A DNA stretch of 58,137 bases, the filler included, from Mustelus asterias (lineage: Eukaryota), in assembly GCF_964213995.1 (NCBI RefSeq). It is 3 parts of 3 records of this genome, joined end to end, with 100 filler letters (N's around TTAATTAATTAA, not from the genome) between each part and the next. Parts side by side here need not be neighbours in the genome. Positions count along the whole stretch, not along the records: positions 43,896 to 58,137 come from NC_135823.1; 2 more parts are not named here. The stretch is one strand, 5' to 3'. Positions 48,336 to 58,137 of the stretch are shown in pieces. Within the stretch, counting starts at the first letter, position 1, and each line of letters begins with the position of its first letter. The notes beneath the pieces were generated by a model that saw only the letters and a list, made by a program, of their open reading frames with translations, did not search any database and was not told the origin of the DNA. The position numbers were made by a program, and so were the translations under genes.

Positions 48336-50214
48336 AAAAAACTTTTGGTCGTTTCATTTTACTTTTACACAATACAATGTGTTTTATTTGAACCCTACAT
48401 GCCAGATCCTTTGGTTCACTGCACTGTGCTTTCGAAGAGATCATATTTTTGAAGAGTCAACTTTTCCCAAAGCTTTCGCTCCTTTTCTTAATTTTCCTCC
48501 CCAGCTTCCCTCTAATTCAGAGGGCAGTTGAGAGTCAGCCACGTGGCTTTGGGTGTGGAATCTAATGTAGGCCAAACCAGGTGAGGACGGCAGATTTCCT
48601 TCCCGAAACCAGTTGGATTTTACAGCAATCCGCAATGGTTCAATGGTTATCATTAGACTTTTAACCACAGACTTTTATTGAATTGAAATTTCACTAACTG
48701 CCTTGGTGGGATTCGAGCCCGTGTCCGCTCAGCATTTTCCTGGACCTCTGGATTAATCGTCCAGTGATAATCCCACTGTGCCACTCTCCCTCATAACCAT
48801 GTTGGGGATGGAGATGGCGGCGTTGGACTGAGCTGGGCACAGTCAGAAGTGTTAAAGGATAAGTTCCAACAGGTTTATTTGGAATCACGAGCTTTCGGGG
48901 CGTTGCTCATTCCTGAGGTGAGTGGAGAGCAAGGTTCACATTCACGGTCCATATAGAGAGAGACATAATTGCAAGATAATGGTTGGAATGCGAGTCTTTT
49001 CAGGTGATCCAGTCTTTACAGGTGCAGACCACCTTCTTTCGTCAGAAGAAAACATACAAAAGTCTGAGATCATGTACCAACCGACTCAAGAACAGCTTCA
49101 TCCCTGCTGCCGTCAGACTTTTGAATGGACCTACCATAAATTAAGCTGATCTTTCTCTACACTCTTGCTATGACTGTGACAGTACATTCTGCGTCCTCTA
49201 TTTTCCTGCTCCCGTATGTACTCTCTGAAATTTATGTTTTGTCTGCAAGTTTCAATAGTTTTCACTGTATCCCAATCCATGTGACAATAATAAATCAAAT
49301 CAAATCAAACATCTCCAACAAACAATGTTCAAACGCTGCCCATGTTTTCTTCATTATGAAGTATACAATTATTTCCAGAACAACAGGCCACTGTCACGGT
49401 GTTTGTAATCTACGCCAACCTCCTCCCACCCACACCCTACGAACCTCCTCCCCCGACCCCGCCCCCCCCCCCCCCGCAAACATGTTCTGTTATTATCTCC
49501 CTCCTGTGTTGACCCAATTTCCCCCTAAATTAGTATCTGATTTTCAACTCAACCAAGCCCTGTTGTATTGAGTTCCACATTCGACGCAATGTCTGGGAAA
49601 GACCTTTCTCCTGAACTCACCATTGGATATAGTAGGGAATATCTGGTGCTGGTGGTCCAATGTTCTTGTCTCCACTCATTTTGTATACCTCCATCCAATG
49701 GAATCTTTCATAACTTCCAAGACCTATTTTAGGTCATCCCACAGTCCAATAGTTTTACTGCAAAGAGCCTGTTCAATTTTAACTGATATCATAACATTAT
49801 ATTACTGGTAGCAATCTATTAAAATTGTTGCCCACAGTTAAACGTCACCCATCAGTTCTATACAAATGTCCTGTTACCTGACAGTCCAGATTCACTGAAC
49901 ACGTTTGGACTGATGTATCAGACAGTTTGAACTCTCACACACACAATGCTTGAGTTTGGAAGCATGCTGTAAAGTGATGGTTCTTTGGATATTCTCCTTC
50001 CTGCTCAAGCCCAAATGAAAGTATACAATTTTTTTTTAAAAAATCATTCACACAAGAAAGGGAAATATGTTGATCCTGTGCAGTAAGCAGATAGGCCCAA
50101 ATGTCAGCGTGCTCTTGACATGGGGCATGTTCCATTAGGCCTTAAGAATGTCCAACAGGTGATAAACAGTTGTCCTTTATTCTTTGTTGTTGATAATTCG
50201 GCCAGAAGAAGAAT

Positions 50215-50740
50215 GCGAGGTGGCAGTCGCTTGGACAGACTCAACCAACATTTCTTCTTTCTCAGGAGGCTACGAAAATTCAGCATGTCCACTCCGACGC
50301 TCGCCAACTTTTACCGATGGGGCATCGAAACCATTCTGAAAGGATGTGTCGCAGCTTGGTATGGCTCCTGCTCCAACCAAAACACAAAACATTACCAAGG
50401 GTGATGAATAAAGCCCAATCGATCACTCAAAACAGCCTCTCATAAATTGACAGTGTCTACACTCCCCGCTGCCTCGCAAAAGCAACGAGCATAATCAAGG
50501 ATCCTGCACACTCTGGACATATTCTCTTCCACCTACTTCCATCGGAAAAAGATATAAAATCCTGACGTCACGTTCCAATCGAGCAAGAACAGATTATTCT
50601 CTGCTGATGTCAAACTTTTGAATGAACCAACCTGGCATTAAGTTAATCTTTCTCTACACCGTAGCTACGAATGTAGCGTTATAATGTGTATTCTCCTTTC
50701 CTTCTCTATGAGTGGTATGCACGCAGGAAACAACTGCTTT
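50215..50740 (+). mobile_element. Rex1/Babar-like LINE 3' fragment
   Basis: HFFFLRRLRKFSMSTPTLANFYRWGIETILKGCVAAWYGSC resembles the Rex1/Babar RT C-terminal region. Confidence 0.75.
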
Positions 50741-50825
50741 CTTCCAATGACGAGAAAACAAACGAAACATTCTTCAGTACGTCATATCCCGGAAGCAGAA
50801 TATGAGCTCTCAGTTCCGTTAGCCG

Positions 50826-50870
50826 TTAGAGTCTGGGTTCTTCATTGAACGCCAGCCGGGCAGAAATAGT
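50826..50870 (-). pseudogene. Terminal cytoplasmic exon of the VJ-C1 gene (TISARLAFNEEPRL*)
   Basis: ttccattctattacag acceptor, phase 0 matching the previous exon, TAA stop. TISARL is one substitution (TCT/TAT) from TIYARL. Confidence 0.65.
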
Positions 50871-51248
50871 CTGTAATAGAATGGAAACACCATGATCATA
50901 AACCAGCCCATCTTCAGGGCGACGGGAAGGGGTACTTTATCCCTTCATGTCGTCCCCGGACATTTAGATAGGCAATCTCAACCCCATCTAACAATGTCAC
51001 TTCCACAAACGGTAAACCCGTTTACCCAACGTAAAACTATGAAACTAAGTTTCGATATTGTCACTTGATGTCCCATTCATAATGTAATTTATTGCTGGAA
51101 TGTTATAGGAATGGTTTATATTGTTATATGTGAGTATACACCATGCAAAGTTACATACGCTCATTTTACAGCAAGTATGATTCTTCCAAGTTAAATTGAA
51201 AATCCGGGAACCATATCTACAAATGATAAGAAGCAATTCTATACCTAC

Positions 51249-51307
51249 CGCCATTTCTTCTGGACGTGCTCTGTAGTTCGTCTGTTCCCCATCAATGTTC
51301 CTGTTAG
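51249..51307 (-). pseudogene. Cytoplasmic exon of the VJ-C1 gene (ANRNIDGEQTNYRARPEEMA)
   Basis: gtttttttttacag acceptor and GCG|gtaggt donor, phase 1 to 0. Confidence 0.7.
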
Positions 51308-51434
51308 CTGTAAAAAAAACAATTACAACTGATTGCAAATTGTCCCATTTCATACTGAACCGTCTGAAAGTGAAAGTGATCAATAAATTGATTGGGAGTC
51401 CCGCGCATATCGAAAGTCTCCCTGCAATCTGTAC

Positions 51435-51554
51435 CTTTCTGCCGGTTCGTGTAGATCCTTCTCCGGGACAGAAGGATTATTCCCAGAAGGAGAAGCGCCA
51501 CCATTGACGAACACCCAGAAAGCGGAAGAATGCAAAGGGGAAGTGACAGCGAAT
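51435..51554 (-). pseudogene. Transmembrane exon of the VJ-C1 gene (DSLSLPLCILPLSGCSSMVALLLLGIILLSRRRIYTNRQK)
   Basis: ttttgctctgcag acceptor and AAAG|gtacag donor, 120 nt, phase 1-1. A hydrophobic stretch is followed by RRR. Confidence 0.78.
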
Positions 51555-51764
51555 CTGCAGAGCAAAATAAACATTGTATTTAAGAAAAAAATCCGTAAAT
51601 CAAGCTGTTGGCCTCATATCGGGATTCAGTAAGACGGAATGTTCCTGTCCCGCCCGACACCGGAATCGTAGCGGGCGGGGGCTGACCATTGATCTCGGGC
51701 GGGGATTTCCGGCCTTGGGGCGAGAGCGGCCAGAAAATCCCAGTCAGTCAAAAGTACAGCTAAA

Positions 51765-52062
51765 ATATATTCATTAGTCACAAATAGGCTTTCCTTAACA
51801 CTGCAAACAAGTTACTGTGAAAATCGCCTAGTCACCACACTCCGGCGTCTGTTCGGGTGCACTGAAGGAGAATTTGGCACGGCCAATTCACCTAACCTGC
51901 ATGCCTTTGGACTGTGGGAGGAAACCGGAGCACCCGGAGGAAACCCACGCGGACGCGGGGAGAATGTGCAAACGCCACACAGACAGTGACCCAAGCCGAG
52001 AATCGTACACGGTTCCATGGCGCTGTCAGGCAGCAGTGCTAACCACAGTGCCAGCGTGCCAT
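51765..52062 (-). mobile_element. tRNA-derived SINE
   Basis: Reverse complement of the SINE head/body seen elsewhere in the window. Confidence 0.85.
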
Positions 52063-53711
52063 CCCAGTGACGGTAATCAATGCCAATCTTGTTCGTGTCA
52101 CCAACATTACCAGGGACAATTCGAAAATGGACAAACCTTGCATAAGGGAAGTGAATTTACCAAGTAAAAGCAGATGGATGCATGGGGGAAGAGATAGAGA
52201 GAGGGAAACAGAGTGAGAGAGGGAACGAAATAGAGAAGGATGTATCGAAATGAAGAAAGACAGATAAATATGTAGAGGAAAGGTTATACAGATGCATGGA
52301 GATGGATGCAGATGGATGGATGGATGGATTGATTGGTTCATGGACAGATGGACGGACGGACAGCTGGACGGATAGATGGAATGGTGGATAATGAACAGCA
52401 GACGGTAGGGTATAGAATGAGGAAATGAGGACCTCAATGTTTCTGAGCGCTTATTCGCAAATTAATTTGAAGTTAATCTCATTACCAAATTCCCTCTCGA
52501 GATTCTCGAACCCATCAGAAAATTACCCAAATTCGAATCTGCAATGCAACAGGTTCACCTCCACCCCCACAGCCCGTCAATCTGAGGAATACACCTCTCT
52601 CCCTGCATGTATTTGGCTTTCTATCCATCTTCCCACGTGTCTTTCACGCTTCGCCCTTTATTATTCCTAACAGCTATCTTACGAGATACATAGAAATCCA
52701 TGCACGTTATACCTAATGCATTCTCGTTTATTGTCCATTCGGATACTTCTTCCAAAATAACCTCCATTATACTTGTTAAACATGATTGCATTTTTACAAT
52801 TCGCTGCTGACTGTCCTAAGATGAAGCATCAGATCAATCCCAAGATGGGGTGCAATGCCTTCTCCTGTCAGCTTGGATCTTGTTTGTCTCCCTTGTGGGG
52901 ATCTTGAAATGGATTCAATCAGATTTTGAATTTGGCTTTTGAACCAAGCAAGGAATGGTTATCCGGTTCCTTCTGAATATTGGATTTGTAACTATAAGAT
53001 GAAGAAAAAAATTAAAATAAAAAAACCGATTAATTTTGGAATAGTCATAAATTTCACGTCGAATAATAGATGATAGACGCGTGTCCTCCACTCACTGCAT
53101 ACTTAATTCTTCATAATTACCCAACTGACTTCCAGTTGGATGCAACTTTCAAGGTACAGCGTTTCGTTAGGAAGGATCGAATTAGTGTTGATTTCCTCGT
53201 TCGGGCAGGTGATATGGATCGGATGAAAATATGTTTTTTTCTTTAGTGTTAGGGTTAGTGGGTGGTTTCTTGCAAGGGATAGCGTTCAGGTTAATATTAG
53301 CATTAGCCTTAGGTTAGGGAGAAGATGAGTGTTGAGGTTATTTTCGGGCATTACACTCAGAAAAAATAGTGTTTAAAACGGATAGATGGGGGAAATTGAT
53401 ATAGGATCCAGATACACACATAATTGATACAAAGGTTAATATAACCGTAAGCACAAGCAACAGGATGTGTGAGTGACGCACAAGTAAATCGAATTGAAAA
53501 GCTGAAGGGCTATGTTGAATTATCATCACCGTTAGTTAGGAGAACACTTGTACTCCTGTGAATGACTCTGGTGTTTACATTATTGAATGAATATAGAGGG
53601 ATGGGGAATCTGGGACAAGGAAACTGTATTCGGATTGTACCGAAACAGAGAGTTTATAATTATTTGGAAAGGTGGAATAGGTTGAGTCTCTTTAGCTTGG
53701 ACCTGACATAG

Positions 53712-56700
53712 ATGGGTGACGTTGAGAGGGGCTGGGAGGAAGCAGTCAGTGCAGGGATCCCCTGTGGTCGTTCCCCTTTGCAACAAGTATTCCGCTTTGG
53801 ATACGGTTAAGGGGGACGACATACCAGTGGTGAGCAGCAGTGAGAGGATCTCCAGCACTTTGTCCGTCTGTGTGGCTCAGGAGGGTAAGGGGGAGAGCGG
53901 GAGGACAATAGTTATTGGGGACTCGTTAATTAGAGGGATGGATAGGAGGTTCTGTGGCAGGAAAAGATCTTGAGGATGGTATGTTGCCTACCAGATGCCA
54001 GGGTCCGTGACGTCTCGGACCGTGTCTTACGGATTCTTAAGGGGGAGGGAAAACAGTCACAAGTCGTGGTACACATTGGTACCAACGACATAGGTAAGAG
54101 AAGGGACGGGGATTTAAAACAGGAATTTCGGGAACTGGGCTGGAAGCTGAGAGCCAAGACAAAACATGTGGTCATCTCTGGTACGTTACCGGTGCCACGT
54201 GATCGCGAGTTGAGGAACAGGGAGAGAGTGCAGTTAAACATGTGGTTGCAGGGATGGTGTAGGAGGGAGGGTTTCAGATACGTGGATAATTGGAACACAT
54301 TCTGGGGAAGGTGGGACCTGTACAAACAGGAAAGGGTGCACCTGAACCAGAGGGGCACCAATATCCTGGGAGGGAAATTTGCTACGGCTCTTCAGGGGGG
54401 TTTAAACTAATTTGTCAGGGGAGTGGGAAAAGGAGTTGTAGTCCAGAAGTCAGTGTTGAGGGTGGTGAGGTATTGGGGAAGGTATCAAGGTCAGGGGTGG
54501 GTACCGGTAGACAGGAAGGTGGGTTGAAGTGTGTCTACTTCAATGCAAGGAGCATCCGGAACAAAGTAGATGAACTTGGGGCGTGGATTGGTACTTGGGA
54601 CTACGATGTTGTGGCCATTACGGAGACGTGGGTAGAACAAGGACAGGAATGGTTCTTGGACGTTCCGGGGTATAGATGCTTCAGTAAGTGTAGGGAAGCT
54701 GGTAAAAGAGGTGGAGGAGTGGCATTGTTAATCAAGGATAGTAAAACGGCTGCGGAAAGACACTTCGAGGGGGATCTGCACACTGAGGTAATATGGGCTG
54801 AAGTTAGAAATAGGAAAGGAACGGTCACGTTGTTAGGAGTTTACTATAGGCACCCAAATAGTAATAGAGAATGTGAAGGAAGAAATTGCCAAGCAGATTA
54901 TGGATAGGTGTGGGGGTCACATGGTAGTTGTCATGGGGGACTTTAACTTTCCAAATATTGATTGGAACCTTTGTAGGTCAGATAGTTCGTATGGGGCAGT
55001 TTTTGTGCAGTGTGTGCAGGAGGGTTTCCTGGCACAATATGTGGATAGGCCGACAAGAGGTGAGGCCACATTGGATTTGGTACTGGGAAATGAACCGGGC
55101 CAAGTGTTAGATTTGGTTGTGGGAGAGCACTTTGGAGATAGTGACCACAATTCGGTGTCTTTTGTTATTGCAATGGAGAGGGAAAGGGCCGTACGGCAGG
55201 GAAAGGTTTACAATTGGGGCAGAGATAATTATGATGCGATTAGGCCAGAATTAGGGGGCATAAGATGGGAACAGAAACTGTCAGGGAAAGGCACTAATGA
55301 AAAGTGGAACCATTTCAAGGAAGAAATACTGGGTGTCCTTGATAGGTATGTCCCTGTCCGAGGAACTGGCCGAGTGAGGGAACCATGGTTCACGAAAGAG
55401 GTGGAATGTCTTGTGAAAAGGAAGAGGGAAGCTTATGTTAGGGATGAGGAAACAAGGTTCAGATGGCTCGATTGAGGGTTACAAGTTAGCAAAGAATGAG
55501 TTGAAAAAGGGGCTTCGGAGAGCTTGCAGGGGACATGAGGAGTCCTTGGCGGGTCAGATCAAGGAAAACCCCAAGGCTTTTTACTCTTATGTGAGGAATA
55601 AAAGAATGACCAGGGTGAGGTTAGGGCCGGTCAAGGACAGTAGTGGGAACTTGTGTATGGAGTCAGTAGAGATAGGCGAGATGATGAATGAATACTTTTC
55701 TTCAGTGTTCACCAAGGAGAGGGGCCATGTTTTTGAGGAAGAGAAGGTGTTACAGGCTAATAGGCTGGAGGAAATAGTTGGTCGGAGGGAGGATGTACTG
55801 GCAGTTTTGAATAAACTGAAGGTCTATAAGTCCCCTGGGCCTGATGAAATATATCCTAGGATTCTTTGGGAGGCAACGGTTGAGATTGCAGAGCCTTTGG
55901 CTTTGATCTTTGGGTCCTCACTGTCCATGGGGATGGTGCCAGAGGAGTGGAGTATGGCGAATGTTGTTCCTCTGTTTAAGAAAGGGAATAGAAATGACCC
56001 TGGTAATTATAGACCGGTTAGTTTTACTTCGGTGGTTGGTAAATTGATGGAAAAGGTCCTTAGGGATGGGATTTACGACCATTTAGAAAGATGCGGATTA
56101 ATCCGGGATAGTCAGCACGGATTCGTGAAGGGCAAGTCGTGCCTCACAAATTTGATAGAATTTTTTGAGGAGGTTACTAAGTTTGTTGATGAAGGTAGGG
56201 CAGTTGATGTCATATACATGGATTTTAGTAAGGTGTTTGATACGGTCCCCCATGGTCGGCCTATGATGAAAGTAAGGAGCTGTGGGATAGAGGGAAAGTT
56301 GGCAGATTGGATAGGTAATTGGCTATCTGATGGAAGGCAGAGGGTGGTGGTGGATGGAAAATGTTCTGACTGGAGGCAGGTTGCTGGCGGAGTGCCACAT
56401 GGATCAGTGCTTGGTCCTCTGCTCTTTGTGATTTTTATTAATGACTTAGAGGAGGGGGCTGAAGGGTGGATCAGTAAATTTGTTGATGACACCAAGGTTG
56501 GTGGAGTAGTGGATGAGGTGGAGGGCTGTTGTAGGCTGCAAAGAGACATAGATAGGATGCAAAGCTGGGCTGAAAAATGGCAAATGGAGTTTAAGACTGA
56601 TAAATGTGAGGTGATTCATTTTGGTAGGAATAATTTTAATGTGGATTTCACGTTCAAAGGTAGGGTTCTGAAGACTGTGGAGGAACAGAGAGATCTTGGG

Positions 56701-57378
56701 GTCCATATGCACAGATCTCTAAAGGTTGCCACTCAAGTGGATAGAGCTGTGAAGAAGGCCTATCGTGTGTTAGCTTTTATTAACAGGGGGTTGGAGTTTA
56801 AGAGCCGTGGGGTTATGCTGCAACTGTACAGGACCTGGTGAGACCACATTTGGAATATTGTGTGCAGTTCTGGTCACCTCACTATAAGAAGGATGTGGAA
56901 GCGCTGGAAAGAGTGCAGAGGAGATTTACCAGGATGCTGCCTGGTTTGGAGGGTAGGTTTTATGAGGAAAGGTTGAGGGAGGTAGGGCTGTTCTCTCTGG
57001 AGCGGAGGAGGCTGAGGGGAGACTTAATAGAGGTTTATAAAATGATGAAGGGGATAGATAGAGTGAACGTTCAAAGACTATTTCCTCCGGTGGATGGAGC
57101 TATTATAAGGGGGCATACTATAGGGTTCATGGTGGGAGATATAGGAAGGACATCAGAGGTAGGTTCTTTACGCAGAGAGTGGTTGGGGTGTGGAATGGAC
57201 TGCCTGCAGTGATAGTGGAGTCAGACACTTTAGGAACATTTCAGCGGTTATTCGATAGGCACATGGAGCACACCAGGATGATATGGAGTGGGATATCTTG
57301 ATCGTGGTTTCAGATAAAGCTCGGCACAACATTGTGGGCCGAAGGGCCTGTTCTGTGCTGTACTGTTCTATGTTCTAT
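53712..57378 (+). mobile_element. Long CR1 LINE (SGNH-esterase ORF1 + APE/RT ORF2, several stops/frameshifts) in the C1-TM intron of the VJ-C1 gene, antisense
   Basis: IVIGDSLIRG and VVHIGTNDIG (SGNH esterase); [19 protein letters not shown] (APE); PHGSVLGP, KFVDD (RT); (TTCTATG)n tail. Confidence 0.95.
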
Positions 57379-57584
57379 GACACAGAGACTGTTAAGTTGT
57401 TGACGCATAACTAACGAATGCAGAGACTGTGCAATTAACAATCACAAGAAGTTTATTATTTATTAGTGCCACAAGTAGGCTTGCATTAACACTGCAACGA
57501 AGAATAAATAAACGTGAAAGGTTCAAGCAAAAATAAACGTTGCTAACAAATTACTAAAAATATGAGGAAAATGTTGGTATCTCC

Positions 57585-57915
57585 CTCTCTCAGATGAGAC
57601 ACTTCCACTGACAAGATGTTGACTGGAGTTGATCTGAACGGCGCAGTTCCACCGAGCTCCACTGTTCATCGATCCCGCCTGGAGAATTATGTAACGGCTG
57701 GATGTATAATTTCCATCTGGATCGATGGCACCAGAATCAATCCTGCGTCCATAACCGGCCAGAAACATCCCAGTGGATGGCAAAGTGATCTTGATCCACA
57801 CTCTTCACCGCACACACCAAAGGGACCACTTCCATCCAGCGAACTTCAACCAGTGGTAGAGTTAAGAGGTAGATGATTGGAGTTCCGGGAGTGATAGATG
57901 GATAATACTGAGGCA
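57585..57915 (-). pseudogene. Ig C1-set exon of the VJ-C1 gene, frameshifted
   Basis: TPIIYLLTLP..VPLVCAVKSVDQDHFAIHWDVSG, then a frame change near 57740-57765, then DSGAIDPDGNYTSSRYIIL..NSGARWNCAV..LVSGSVS. This shows the C1 hallmarks PxIY, LVC, W, DGxY and WxC. The acceptor position is uncertain and the donor reads GG rather than GT. Confidence 0.8.
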
Positions 57916-57977
57916 CTATTGGACATTCATTTCCTGGTTATTCATGATACGATGGCGCAAATGATCGTTTTCTTTAC

Positions 57978-58137
57978 CTGTAATGAGCAATGCAGAACTG
58001 TTTGCAAACATAAAACGCATCCCACTGAACTGGCTCGCTGCACAGTAATACAGCCGCGAATCAATGGCCCGGACCCCCGCGATGCTTAGGGAATAGAGGG
58101 GCAATTTGTCATTACGTTGTCAGGAATTCAGGAAGCT
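57978..58137 (-). pseudogene. 3' part of a germline-joined VJ exon (continues beyond the window)
   Basis: YSLSIAGVRAIDSRLYYCAASQFSGMRFMFANSSALLIT-G|gtaaag: the V F-strand DSxLYYC is contiguous with a J-like FxNxSxLLIT strand, with no RSS between them. There is an in-frame TGA at 58120-58122. Confidence 0.82.

Noticed and set aside
51435-51554. TM exon considered as a TCR constant-region TM
   Set aside because: It lacks the conserved charged TM residues of TCR chains, is followed by two cytoplasmic exons, and lies upstream rather than downstream of the V segments.

Overview
Eukaryotic, repeat-rich genomic DNA, almost certainly from a cartilaginous fish (shark-type tRNA-derived SINEs, CR1 LINEs with esterase ORF1, Rex1/Babar fragments, Penelope-type foldback repeats). 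It contains three assembly gaps. Between the repeats lies an immune-gene neighbourhood with three components. (1) On the + strand are exons of a single-V-domain B7/butyrophilin-like membrane protein (V 3267-3632, Pro-rich stalk 5536-5574, TM 6602-6713). (2) On the - strand are two TCR alpha/delta-type V segments with 23-bp RSS: one intact with leader (28799-29284) and one pseudogene (31066-31412). (3) About 20 kb upstream of them on the same strand is a non-rearranging, germline-joined VJ-C1-TM-cytoplasmic antigen-receptor-like gene (50826 to the window end). Its exon phases are concordant, it ends in a decayed TxYxxL-type motif, and it appears pseudogenised. The V segments sit between two old duplicated units of a tRNA gene cluster. 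Each unit carries a tRNA-Pro with an 18-nt intron at the canonical 37/38 position, which is unusual for a vertebrate, and the copy at 39067-39156 looks intact. Smaller oddities include a foldback element with a captured RPL39 fragment, minimal hammerhead-ribozyme motifs, and a 138-bp templated duplication at a CR1 5' junction. All calls were made by eye; no searches were run.
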